Assembly (NCBI GenBank): GCA_030141605.1
Contig: JAQGDQ010000536.1
Coordinates: 57,961 to 121,960 of the forward strand
From: Tubiluchus corallicola
Taxonomy: Eukaryota > Animalia > Priapulida
DNA length: 64,000 nucleotides
Direction: 5' to 3'
The position numbers and the translations under genes are program-made. Positions within the stretch are counted from its first letter, which is position 1, and each line of letters opens with the position of its first letter. Positions 1 through 12,935 of the stretch are shown here, one piece after another. The notes beneath the pieces are model-generated. The model ran no database searches. It saw nothing but the letters and a program-made list of their open reading frames with translations, and had not been told where the DNA came from.

Positions 1-724
1 AATTGTTTAGATGTTTGGCCAACGTGTGCAATGTCACAACTGTTACAACTTGAACATGTAAAACCCACTTCCCTGGCCTAAGAACTATTGAAAGTTACCT
101 CCTAATTGACATGTTAGTTCAGTACATACAGACACAGGATTGGGCCAATTTCTCTATAGATGCAAAAAATACCTAGCCTGAGAATAAATCAGTAATTTTT
201 AAGTGGTAGAACATGCATTAGTTAATTTTTAACTTTTTTTAACTTTGGAAATCCACGTTAAACAACATTACCAACATTGGCCTGCTTCGATACCACGTGA
301 CTGGTACGATGCTGAATTTGTAAACAGTGCTACACAGTGAAATGTGATATGTGGTAACCAAATACAAAAGCTGCCATAACTAAGAAACGAATTTTGTTCG
401 TGTCGTCTAACGAGTAAAATGCACAAAATTCCAAACTTTCTTTGCAAAATAACACCGTCACATACAATCTAGAAACGGTTCCAATTTAAAACTTGTGAGA
501 GGTCAAAGGTGACCTCCATTACACTATCAATGCATTCCAGCACTCACATTGTTTGTATGCGAGACGCAATATAAACTTCTGTCAGCTACCAATAATAATA
601 GCGCTTTGCCAGTTATATTTTTATTTTAATGCACTACTGCATGGGGTATTCCATTTATCATACCCTAGGTGCACTTGATGGGCCAAGAATAAGATTTATT
701 TTTATTTTGTTAAATTGATTACAG

Positions 725-962
725 AATCGAGATGAATGTATTCGCAAAGTTGCAGCTTTTCTGAATGTGGATTTAACAGAAAAAGAGTTAAAAATCATAA
801 GTGAAGAAAGCAGCTTTGAAGGAGCGAAGAAAATGATGGACGAGTTTGGAAAAGATGTCATGCTTAAAAACATGTATAAATGCAAGCATGGAACCAGTCG
901 ATTCACTGATGAAGAAATTGAAGATCATTATGATTTTGATGTTTCACATTTTATAAGAAAAG
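725..962 (+). CDS. Cytosolic sulfotransferase (SULT family), penultimate coding exon
   Basis: ttacag| acceptor and AAAG|gtaaca donor. Encodes NRDECIRKVAAFLNVDLTEKELKIISEESSFE...SHFIRK(G), the typical SULT 'IRKIAxFL...SF...FxRKG' segment. Joins in phase 1 to the exon at 2268. Confidence 0.9.
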
Positions 963-2147
963 GTAACACAAAGTCAAAATAAGTGAAGTCATATTAAGCT
1001 AAATAAAAGATGCAATAATGGAGTGAGATAAAATATGTTAAGTTAGGTTATGCTTTCGTGAAGTAATGAAGATAATTCAACTTAAGTGGAATTTAAATCA
1101 AAAATAAAATCATTTAAACGAATGTACTTTGACAAATACTATGAAAATACACAATCACTTACAAAAATTCTAGAACGTTTCACAAAGTTAATCTTTGAAA
1201 GTCAGATTTCAATTGAATGAGTTAAAATGCGAGAAATTTTACAAATACTTGTTACTGTAAAACTTTCAATTTTAATTTGATATTAGTATGATGGGATGAC
1301 GATACAGATAGGATACTTTAGAAACATTTCAGAATCTTAATGAATTATTTTATACTAAGACGACATCTTTCATTCAGTTAACACACTCTACCAATTGAAA
1401 AATATTCTATGCTTTTACATCCTCGCGCTAAGTAATTATAATATTTTCGGTAAGCAGAAGTTTAATTTAACAGATTTCAGAGTGCTAAAATCAAAGAATC
1501 AATTTAGAACTTCCAAAAACTTTAATCAAAAGATTTTCTGCACAAAACTGAAGTGCGCAATTCAACTTTTGAATTTGTATTAAAAACGTATAATAAATAA
1601 TATAAAGTTTTGTTTACACAATTGAGTTTTAATCAGTTGAGCTGAAATGTGTTTCTAAGTAAGTCACTTCTGAAAAAAAATTATATGATATTGTAGACCT
1701 ACAACACGTTTTCTGCGTTTTGGTGTTTTTATAATTTTTTCTTGCACAAGCAAAGTTTTAAAACGAAAGTAAAAATTTGAAAGGTTGTGTTGTTCAAATT
1801 TAAAGAATTCGGAAAGTTTTAATGTCACAAACTTTTAAACAATTAATTAAAACTTCCGTATTTGGTTGCAAACGCCTTCAATATAAGAAGTACTGTTTTT
1901 TTGCTCATATCATTAAAATTGCAATAATGTATTCGTTTCCTTTCATTTCCAAGGACTCCCCAATTTTTGTAAACCGATATTTCCATGGATAATGTTTAAT
2001 TACTCAGAAGTGGTGCTGATAAGCCACTAGCACAGTGGAGTCTAGTTTTTCTGGTGGATTAACTGCTGTGTTTTCCTGTCTTAAGGGCAGATTTCTTTTA
2101 TTTTAGAGTTCTGTCTGCCCAATGTCTACAATAGACGTAATGGGCAT

Positions 2148-2179
<32 letters not shown>

Positions 2180-2257
2180 AATGTTTAATATAGATAATTT
2201 CTGACTGATTGAATTACAACAACGTTAATAATGATTAGTAGTAACATAACTGTTTAA

Positions 2258-2380
<123 letters not shown>

Positions 2381-3099
2381 AACAAACCACCATCAAGTTG
2401 AAGATCTTTAGCCTATTTGCTAGTTTTTACAAATAAAGCTCTAAGTAAATTAGAATATGCAGTAGCTTTGCGCCTCACAGTATTATTAAATAGGCGTTTG
2501 CTAGTTGTGATTAAGGCTTAACTAGTTCGCTAATTAACAGAAAAATTAGGCTACGCAGTACTGATTCGTAATTACTAATAATATTGAATAATATTCAGTA
2601 ATAATAAATCACAATAATTAGATGATTTACCGTTAATTATTTAGTGAAGCAGTTTAAATTGAAACTTTATTGCGTTCATTTTGCACCCAATCATAATAAG
2701 CTTTTCTATAACCACGTAATATCGTATTATATAATTACATTATATATGTGCATACATAGCTTCATGTCTTCATGTCAACATAGCTTCATGTCTTCATGTC
2801 AACATAGCTTCATGTTTTCATGTCAACATAGCTTTAGGTCAACATGGCTTCATGTCATAGGCAGGCAAAAGCAGGTGTCAAAATGCAGAAAGATCTAATA
2901 TCTACAAGGTAAGGATTTAATGAATTGAAAAAATGTACTTAAGCTAGGCTGACATAAACTAGCATGTTCATTTTACATGTTAGTTGTTATTGTGACGGGG
3001 CTTTTACTGTTGCAAGGCGTGAAAATGTAATTGAACTTGTGATAATTAAGCAGATAGATATTTCACTTTAGTTTAGCTATATGTATACTAGCTTTATAT

Positions 3100-3513
3100 T
3101 TTTATGTTGTTAATGCTTGGTTTGTTGCTCCTAGTCAAAAATTACAAAAAAATAAAGGAATATGTGCACTTTTTGTATTGATTTGAATTACTGTTTTAGT
3201 GAAAATAAACAACTGCATGCTAGCCACAGCGAGCAATGCCAGCACAACAATGCGAATGACTTCACTTCAAGCAAAACTCAAACCTCTAAAAACTGTAACA
3301 ATTATACTAGTTATGTATTTCATATGCTATACGCCAAGCCTGGTTGCACTTCTGACGTTAAACATTAGTGGTGAAATCAAGATGGTTAACGCAAGCAATT
3401 ATTACTGGTATATTCTGCCAGCGTATGTCAATTCATTGGCCAATGTGTTTGTTTACGTAGCAAAATTAGACGAGTTCAGAAACGAAATAAAAAAGATGGT
3501 TACATTTCATTAA
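3100..3513 (+). pseudogene. Class A (rhodopsin-like) GPCR fragment, TM5-TM7/helix 8, probably a pseudogene
   Basis: ORF 3199-3513 has KPLKTVTIILVMYFICYTP (TM6, CxxP) and YVNSLANVFVY...EFRNEIKKM (TM7/H8). A TM5-like stretch FMLLMLGLLLLVKNYKKIK lies just upstream but is separated by a stop/frameshift. No N-terminal half is visible. Confidence 0.65.
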
Positions 3514-3939
3514 CGAATCAGTCAATTTTATTCACATAAAAAGATTAGAATGGTTGATGTACTGTTATAAATTTGCAGGCTGCTTTTATGTGAACAGAGA
3601 CGGAAACGTGATAAATACCGCTACACTAGCGTATTAGTGCATCACAAACGTACCTGCTTATGAACAAAACGGTACTTAACCTGATTGTTTCTGCATACAT
3701 AGTGCACAAAAGGGAAGTAAATATGACATAAAAGTAGGAAAGGCTCTTTTATGGGACAATCATGTGGTCTTATGTCATAATTGATTTACTAGTTGATGGA
3801 GTGAATGACTTACTGACCTGATGGTAGACTGGACTTCTCATTGAAAATGGCTTTGCTGGCTAACTGTCATGGTGAGTGACAAGTCGACTGACTCATTCGC
3901 TAATCCATTAAATGTCTTTAGTCCTTAGCTCTTGTATTT

Positions 3940-4740
3940 GGTTGAATGACTGACTGACAGAATAGCAACTCCATCTGAGCATGACAAATTTACTGGCAAT
4001 CTAACTGACTGACCGACTAACTTACTGACTGAGTGACTGACAGACTAATTAATTGAGGGACTGATTGACTAACTAAACTACTGACTGACTGATGGACTAA
4101 ATTACTGATCGAATGACTGACTAACTGACTTAATGATATGCAAAATTACTGACTGACTGACTAACTTACTCACATACTGACCGACTTACTAAATTATTGA
4201 GTGACTAGTTGACTGACTGACTGACTGACTGGCTAATTCACTCACTCACACTCACTGACCAACTGACTTATTAAATTTTGACTGACTGACCTCCTGGCTG
4301 ACAGACTGACTGACCGACTGACTTACTGGCTAACTGAGTAACTGGTTGACTGACTGACCGACTGACTTACTAAATTACTGACTGACTGACTGACTGCCTC
4401 ATTGACTCATTTACTGACTGACTGACTTGCTCACTGACTAACTGATCGACTGACTGATGACCGCCTGACTAAGTGACCAACTAACTGACTGACTAAATGC
4501 AACCCAATTTTGACCATTACTAACTTAATGGCCTGTGAGTTAGTCAAGGTTAACGTGAGTTAGTCACTCGATCAGTCAGTCAGGCTACAAAATATGAGAC
4601 CTAATAAGCCAGATGTTTAATTGATTAGGTAGCCAGTCAGTGTGTCGTTCACTTACCAAGTCAGTTAGTCAGTCAGCTGGTAAGTCACCTTCAACGAGTG
4701 AGACAGTCTATTGGCAGTCAGTAAGTCCATCAGCTAGTCA
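3940..4740. repeat. Degenerate (GACT)n/(AGTC)n tetranucleotide tract
   Basis: Runs of gactgact to about 4500, then opposite-orientation agtc/cagt runs. Confidence 0.75.
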
Positions 4741-5002
4741 ATGTGTGTATATATGTTACTAGCTACTTGTTTATTTAATTGTACGTAAATTTGCTTATAA
4801 ATGCTCATAAAATGTGCATACATGTGTACGTCTGAAAATAACATTTAATAATTTTTTATATTTTCCTTTATTAAATATTTGTTGCTTTAGTTTCTGACTA
4901 ATAAACAAGGATAATAGCATAATGACAGCAACCGTTAGTATATGTTATGGAATCGAATTAAAGAAATCCAGCTAATTACCAAAACAGTTACAGATAATGA
5001 GC

Positions 5003-5698
5003 AAGCAATGATTTGCAAGAATGTTGAACGTATAACTACAAACCAACCAGACATCAACATGACAATGACAGAGATACATGCAGCAAAACTGCACTTCCAT
5101 ATTGTGTTTAAGCAATGATTTGCAAGAATGTTGAACGTATAACTACAAACCAAGCAGTCATCAACATGACAATGACAGAGATACATGCAGCAAAACTGCA
5201 CTTCCATATTGTGTTTAAGCAATGATTGGCAAGAATGTTGAACGTATAACTACAAACCAAGCAGTCATTAACATGACAATGACAAAGATGCATGCAGCAA
5301 AACTGCACTTCCATAATGTGTTTAAGCAATGATTTGCAAGAATGTTGAACGTATAACTACAAACCAACCAGACATCAACATGACAATGACAGAGATACAT
5401 GCAGCAAAACTGCACTTCCATATTGTGTTTAAGCAATGATTTGCAAGAATGTTGAACGTATAACTACAAACCAAGCAGTCATTAACATGACAATGACAAA
5501 GATGCATGCAGCAAAACTGCACTTCCATAATGTGTTTAAGCAATGATTTGCAAGAATGTTGAACGTATAACTACAAACCAAGCAGTCATCAACATGACAA
5601 TGACAGAGATACATGCAGCAAAACTGCACTTCCATAATGTGTTTAAGCAATGATTTGCAAGAATGTTGAACGTATAACTACAAACCAAGCAGTCATCA
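5003..5698. repeat. Minisatellite, 107-bp unit, about 6.5 copies
   Basis: Unit aagcaatgatttgcaagaatgttgaacgtataactacaaacc...catattgtgttt. The repeated 73-aa ORFs in the track are spaced 107 nt apart. Confidence 0.95.
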
Positions 5699-6264
5699 TA
5701 AAAAACGCCCGTACTTTCATTCATTAGTCCATTCATTCAATCAACCATCTGCTTATTCAATTAACAATTATTTTACCTATTTGCTGAAAACCATTGTCAG
5801 GCCATAGATGTATCTTAATGCAACTTAAAAGGATTTTCCTTGAATCTTTACTAACTGTATAAATTGCACATATGTATTCACAAAAAATGAGGAATTAAAA
5901 CTACTAACTTATTTTTAAAAACCCCTGTTATATTAGTTACAGGTTTCTTGCCACACATACTCTAAAAACCTTAGTCTAGAGCCCCATATATGAAACGTCT
6001 CATATTTCTCAAACGTTTCGAGAAAATCGATGGCTGATGGTTCAAATCTCACACTAAGTCTTTTTTATAATTTAAGAATTATCATTGTATTTCGACGAAG
6101 CTATACATTTTTTTGCTTTTTTCTATGCCATGTTTTCTGTCGTGTGTTGTAGTAGTTTTTTGTAGAAATGTTTTGTTAAAAAATACGCATTGTTCTTGTT
6201 ACAGCGCTGAAAAGAGTCAACAACTGCTCATTTGCGCCATGTGCGTCACATGGATAACATCCTT

Positions 6265-6390
6265 AGCCCTAGTGCTAACTCGTCCACTTTCCGTCTGGGC
6301 GGTCGCGGGTTCGATACAGCGGCGGGGTCATATCAAAAGCTTTAAAAATGGTACCTGCTGGCGCATGTTATTTAGGGCAAAACTGGGGTA
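6265..6390 (+). mobile_element. tRNA-derived SINE fragment (family 1)
   Basis: B-box-like gggttcgata followed by ggtcatatcaaaagctttaaaaatggtacctgctg. A homologous copy lies on the minus strand at about 17350-17465. Confidence 0.5.
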
Positions 6391-6554
6391 ATAATAGCTT
6401 CTGTTATGTAGTTGTAGATTGTTATTTACAGTCAGTCCAAAAGCTCTTTGGACCTTATGTTAATTGTTCATCCAAAACACCTAAATAAAGTTTTTTGGTA
6501 AGGCTTTCGTATTTTTCTGCGAGAAAATTGTCCTTCATAATTTTACATTTTAGG

Positions 6555-7668
6555 AAACTAACAATTTAGTTCAATCACAAAAGGGACATGAAACCACGTG
6601 ACAATAGATGACAGTGTCAGTTTAAAGAATCATTTTTTAAAGCTAACAGTTTAGTTCAATCACAACAGGGACATGAAACCGCGTGACAATAGATGACAAT
6701 GTCAATTCAAAGAGTCGTTTTTTAAAACTAGCAATTTAGTCCTATCACAACTAGAACATGAAACCACGTGACAAACGATGAGAATGTGAGTTCAAAAAGT
6801 CATTTTTTAAAACTAACAATTTAGTTCAATCACAATAGGGACATGAAACCACGTGACAATAGACGACAGTGTCAGTTCAAAAAGTCATTTTTAAAACTAA
6901 CACAATTTAGTTCAATCACAATAGGGACATGAAACCACGTGACGATAGATGACAGTGTCAGTTCAAAAAGTCATTTTTTAAAACTAACAATTTAGTTCAA
7001 TCACAATAGGGACATGAAACCACGCGACAATAGACGACAGTGTCAGTTCAAAAAGTCATTTTTTAAAACTAACACAATTTAGTTCAATCACAATAGGGAC
7101 ATGAAACCACGTGACAATAGATGACAGTGTCAGTTCAAAAAGTCATTTTTTAAAACTAACAATTTAGTTCAATCACAATAGAGACATGAAACCACGTGAC
7201 AATAGACGACAGTGTCAGTTCAAAAAGTCATTTTTTAAAACTAACAATTTAGTTCAATCACAATAGGGACATGAAACCACGTGACAATAGACGACAGTGT
7301 CAGTTCAAAAAGTCATTTTTTAAAACTAACACAATTTAGTTCAATCACAATAGGGACATGAAACCACGTGACAATAGATGACAGTGTCAGTTCAAAGAGT
7401 CATTTTTTAAAACTAACACAATTTAGTTCAATCGCAATAGAGACATGAAACCACGTGACAATAGATGACAGTGTCAGTTCAAAGAGTCATTTTTTTAAAT
7501 CTAACAATTTAGTTCAATTACAATAGGGACATGAAACCACGTGACAATAGATGACAGTGTCAGTTCAAAAAGCCATTTTTTAAAACTAACACAATTTAGT
7601 TCAATCACAACAGGGACATGAAACCACGTGACAATAGATGACTGTGTCAGTTCAAAAAGTCATTTTTT
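6555..7668. repeat. Minisatellite, 85-87-bp unit, about 13 copies, with CACGTG in most units
   Basis: Unit aactaacaatttagttcaatcacaatagggacatgaaaccacgtgacaatagatgacagtgtcagttcaaaaagtcattttttaa. Confidence 0.95.
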
Positions 7669-8956
7669 GTTGATGAAAAGGTTCATTAGACACCACGTGA
7701 CTAGAGTAGCCAATCACAATAAAAATCAGCATAGTCAAGATAAACAAAAAAACATCTAAAAATGGAATACAACAATGGAGTTACACAAGATACTGAACTA
7801 AATTCATTGCAGAAACAAGACCTAGACCTACACAATATAAAGTAGTTTTATAAGGAATCAAAAGCCATAGTAAGTATAACAAATGTAAAATTAATGATTA
7901 GTTAACATATTATACTGATTGCTAAGAAGGCTCGACCTTCTTGAAGTGAAGAGAAATACAAATAATACTGAACGTATTGAAATTTGAAACTTTATTTTCC
8001 TTAAAGCAAAACCGGACCCAGTCTTTAACTGTAGGTCAAAACAATCGACTCTTTAAAATATAGAAAGGGAACTCACTATTTTTTCCAAAAAGATTTACGT
8101 GAAAGAATTATTACCACACAAACACAGTTTTACGTTCGCGCCACTAGTTCTTCGCTGTTACATGCATTTCACCCTTCGCTAATAAGACGGGCATTAGCTC
8201 TTGCATTTCGAAAACGCATTGCACAAAAAACAGGTGCTGTACCTCTCAGTTCAGATGTGTTAGTTTGCGACGAACTACACACGTTCGACAGTTCATACGT
8301 GAGCAAAGGGGTAAATTTGAAATTTGCATTTTTATTTTAAAACTTGCCTAGTTTTAGTACAACACACTGAATATCTTACAGTAGCACTGTACTTCAATTT
8401 TCGCTTTCGCAAACATGCGCAAAACGCTCATGGAATGTCTTTGCTGATGGAAATTATGTTCAGTTGTGATGTCACCAATAGTTGGGCTCGCCCGTCGTTA
8501 ATTAAGTTTTTAATCTATTATTTAATTATCAGAAGCGGTTTTCCAGTATCAATTGTGTTAAAATGTATACTTTTTATCGGACTTGAAAATGGGGTAGTAT
8601 ATGAAAAATCATCCTGTTTTCCTTCAAGTTATCAATTCAAACCTAAATTACACCGAGAAATTAGTAAATAACGTCGACAGATAATAATATGAAACACTGC
8701 AAGTATGTAACTAAAACCATTATAAATATTATCTGAACACATTTTTTTACAAAACACTGATATATAATATAAAAATTTACAAGGAATACAGCATAATTGT
8801 CGAAAATCATGATAACTGCACCTATTCTCTAATGTCCCTTGTCGTCTAGCGCCATCTACTGCAAATAAATGAACGTTTGTAGCGTCACATTGTTCTAGCT
8901 AAATAGATTACATTTGTACACTGTCGCCATCTAGTGGAGGAGAAAGAACTAAGAAA

Positions 8957-9103
8957 TTATCGTATTTTTTCAGCAAACCATTTTCCTATTGTGGCTTCGT
9001 TTTCTGATAACCAGTTAACATTCGCTCGAGTTTTTTCAATGGCTTGCTTCCATCTCTGTTCACTGCCACCAAGATCTCCCAGTGAATTCACAAAGTCTTC
9101 CAG
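8957..9103 (-). CDS. M1 aminopeptidase N-like, terminal coding exon
   Basis: tctttag| acceptor. Encodes LEDFVNSLGDLGGSEQRWKQAIEKTRANVNWLSENEATIGKWFAEKIR*, the conserved 'QAIExxxxNxxW...IxxW' end of M1 domain IV. Phase 0 fits the exon ending at 15258. Confidence 0.9.
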   Translation of the reverse strand: MEDFVNSLGDLGGSEQRWKQAIEKTRANVNWLSENEATIGKWFAEKIR

Positions 9104-9179
9104 CTAAAGAATTAAACAAAATTAAATTAAATGCAACTAGAGAAGAGGTTTATAGGGCCGTTCATAGGACCACACGTAA

Positions 9180-9660
9180 TTAAAGCACAAGAAAGCCCTC
9201 CACTTACTTAAAGCTAAAAAAATTCGTCTTGAAATTTTATACCACTTAGGTACTGTTTTTTGCATGCTGGGCTTGCGTTGGCAGTCACGCTGTATAAAAC
9301 ATGTAAATTTAAACTCCCGCGATGACCGTTAGACGCAGCCATTTTGATGGTAGGTCGTTTGAAACAAGTTTAGATAACATCGTGTAAAGTTTGAAAAAAT
9401 AACTAGAGCATTCGTAGCGCACATGTTGCTGAGTAAAATTTTAAATTACTGTATCTTGTCAATAAGATTAAAAATACGTTTTTGGTTAGTGAGTGGTGCA
9501 CCCTGAAGGGGGAGTCAGCGACATTTTACCAATTGATAAAAACATTTTAAATAATCAAAAATTTTCATTTCTAGTTTCCTAAGTCTTTTAAGCAAGTAAG
9601 CGAAAAGCTAAGTAACGAGTTTTGCATGGAAAGTTTCTTGGGACATAAGTGACATCTCTT
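9180..9660 (+). mobile_element. Kolobok-type (TTAA) MITE family A, partial copy
   Basis: Starts ttaa|agcacaagaaa. Internal sequence (gtaaatttaaactcccg...ccgttagacg) is shared with 38485-39056, 44100-44704 and 49606-50170. Confidence 0.65.
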
Positions 9661-10021
9661 CCGGTACACTAATGAACTTTTAATGTCTTGCACAAGCGCT
9701 GCATCGGTCAAGCACCTATATAGCGATGTACTATTTAGTATATCTGTGGGACATCATTACCCTAGTAATATTAACACCATCCTATATGTAAAGAAGCTAG
9801 CTGAAATGCCAGTTATAGTGTGAATATGATGAACAAGCTAGATGAGTCAATATTAAATAATGGTTTTCTTACTCTTTACATTATTCTTCCATTTTTGATT
9901 GTAATTCATTAATTATTAATTTCGTGAATAATTGTTAATTTTAAAAATAAAACGTAACACTTGGCGTTGCTTAAGTTCAGTCGGCAGGCACAAACTATTA
10001 GTTTAGTTTAAATGTAATTTA

Positions 10022-10580
<559 letters not shown>

Positions 10581-11824
10581 CTTTACACACTCTTTACAAA
10601 AACGTTTACAGTAAGAATGCAGTGAACTATTCAGCAATTCATCTCAAATTTGCTCACTTTAACATGCATTATTTACTTAAAGCAAAATCGAATCCAATCT
10701 TAAATTGTAGGTCAAAATAATCTACTCCTTAAAATATTGAAAGGAAACAAACTATGGAGAAAATATCCCTATTACTAATAAAATACTTACATTTAATTTT
10801 TACCTAGTTAGTGGCCTGCAACGGCCTGAACTCACAGCTAAAATTTCTCCAGGGAGGGGAACGTAGCTGCCACGAAAACGCCACTTACTTTCAGTTCGTC
10901 AAACATGCCGAGAACCGTGTGCAAAACTTAATTAAATTCCAAAGAGAAACAAGCCAGCAAATTTTTACGTACATTGTTTATTAATAAACGTAACAAACCG
11001 AGTACAATGGTAAAAGGAATGTATTCCAAATTGATGATTAAAGATGAAATTATTGCCTCAGCCAGAAGCCAGGTTAGTTACGCAGCATCACGCTGTGATC
11101 AGCTGATATTTGACCTACCTAAGAGGACATGTCATAATTATTGATCTGATGACGTAGCTTCTGTGCGCGGAGATTCCATGCGCATCAAGAGATTAAACAA
11201 AATAATTGCAGCCGGCAACTCAAAGAGATTAGGGAGATGACCTGGTGACTGAGGGGGGGGGTCTAGTCTGTGTCCATCGCTATTTGTACTTATATTTAAT
11301 AAATGTGCAATTTTGTAAATAAAGCCTTGTTAGTTTGCCATGCCCTTTCGGCTGTTTCACAAAGCAACACGTCACGATCCACACATCTACAGCAGCATTA
11401 AACAGCAACTATAAACTATTACTAAACTCACATTTCTTTACTACAAGTGGGTCTGGTTAGCATAATTATAACAAAATTGTTAACTTTACCAACGCAGCCC
11501 AGTCCGGACGTGCTAACATTTCCACTATCACGACAACTTTGTGTTAGTATAACAACGGCAATAAAGAAATATGTAATATTTCTTTTGTAATTAAAAATAT
11601 TTACTACGCCGTTCATTACACGTAACTGTGATTACCCATACTGTTTTGTAATGACGCACTTTTGTAATTAAAATTTGCAAAAATTACAATATGTATAATG
11701 TAGGTATTGTAATAGATTATATATGATACATGTGTATATATATTGTGTTTTTGTTAATTTTAATTATAAAAGTGTGTAATTACAAAAGAGTATCGAAGAC
11801 GGTAAAAAATTTTAATTACAACTA

Positions 11825-11870
<46 letters not shown>

Positions 11871-11921
11871 AGAGGGGGGAGGGAGAAAGAGAGGGAGGGA
11901 CTGAGCAGGGAAAGAAACACA

Positions 11922-12935
11922 TTAAGGTAATGCAAGTGGAGGATAAGGAGAATGAACAGGGAACACAGTTACAAAACTTTGACGTAGCAAATGTATAAAA
12001 TGCGGTTGTTTTGGTGAATCAAAATCTGCAGCATTGATTACTGAATGTGGGGGACTTTGAATCGTGTAATTTGCACTGCCTCTCACCACAGGAATTACAT
12101 CACTTTCTTTTAGTCTGCTAAACAACTTCTCTGTAACGTAGTCACGACAGAAAGAGTTTTCAAACGACAAGTAAAACTTGTAATCTCGTTTTAGTATGAA
12201 ATTGCAATAAGATTCGTTTTTCGCACATGTTAGGTTTCCGCATTTTCCATATATGTCAACAGAGATGTATTTCTGTAAATGTTTAGCGTACTCCATACGA
12301 CCAGTATAATCGGTGTCGCAGTTGCTTACAAACCAAGCCACTAGTTTTTTCTTTCCTTTAGCGTAATTTTTGACAATCTTATCACGGGGTGGAGGACGTA
12401 GAACAACTTCTCCATGCACGCGAGGAATATCAGAATCGAGACGGTAAGTCATTGTCCAGTTAAAAAAGTTATTCAAGTGTGATAAATTCGGATTTTTTCC
12501 AAACGGGCGGACCATTCTGATTGGCGTTTCGAGTAAAAAGAAAATCCATCTTTGTCCAAGTGGCCGGTAAACTGGGAATTCAGCAATAGGACTTGATGAT
12601 CTACTTCTCATGTGTACAATAACCGCATGGCTTTCATTCAAGCGAGATCTGTCATTTGTTGTCTCACAATTTCTGCCCAGTTTGTGGCAGATTTCGAAAG
12701 GCTTAATTCCTTTTCCAAAGCCAAAAAAATAAAGATCGTGGAACTTATTCCATAATAAAATTAGTTTCCGCTTGGGCAAAATCGTTGATTGATCAGCACT
12801 AGTGGTATTATAGCTTTTAACTATTTCTGAGTTTATGTCAAGCCTTCTCTGTTTCATTAATTGATTATTCGCATCCTTTAACACAAACAACAACACTACT
12901 GTCAAAATGGCCACAAATATTTTTATCTTAGTCAT
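11922..12935 (-). CDS. Alpha-1,3-fucosyltransferase (GT10) intronless ORF, C-terminally truncated, nested in the last aminopeptidase intron
   Basis: 337-aa ORF. N-terminal signal anchor (IFVAILTVVLLFVL), then FNWTMTYRLDSDI, VAWFVSNC, VDIYGKCG and the GT10 motif YKFYLSFENSFCRDYVTEKL. Similarity stops after DFDSPKQ, followed by about 27 unrelated residues. Confidence 0.9.
   Translation of the reverse strand: MTKIKIFVAILTVVLLFVLKDANNQLMKQRRLDINSEIVKSYNTTSADQSTILPKRKLILLWNKFHDLYFFGFGKGIKPFEICHKLGRNCETTNDRSRLNESHAVIVHMRSRSSSPIAEFPVYRPLGQRWIFFLLETPIRMVRPFGKNPNLSHLNNFFNWTMTYRLDSDIPRVHGEVVLRPPPRDKIVKNYAKGKKKLVAWFVSNCDTDYTGRMEYAKHLQKYISVDIYGKCGNLTCAKNESYCNFILKRDYKFYLSFENSFCRDYVTEKLFSRLKESDVIPVVRGSANYTIQSPPHSVINAADFDSPKQPHFIHLLRQSFVTVFPVHSPYPPLALP

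Noticed and set aside
4935-5736. Six near-identical 66-95-aa minus-strand ORFs that look like a peptide gene cluster
   Set aside because: They are an artefact of the 107-bp tandem unit. The ORFs overlap in rotating frames and match no recognisable protein.
11090-11395. Possible second solo LTR
   Set aside because: AATAAA and TG/CA-like ends are present, but no matching target-site duplication could be identified.
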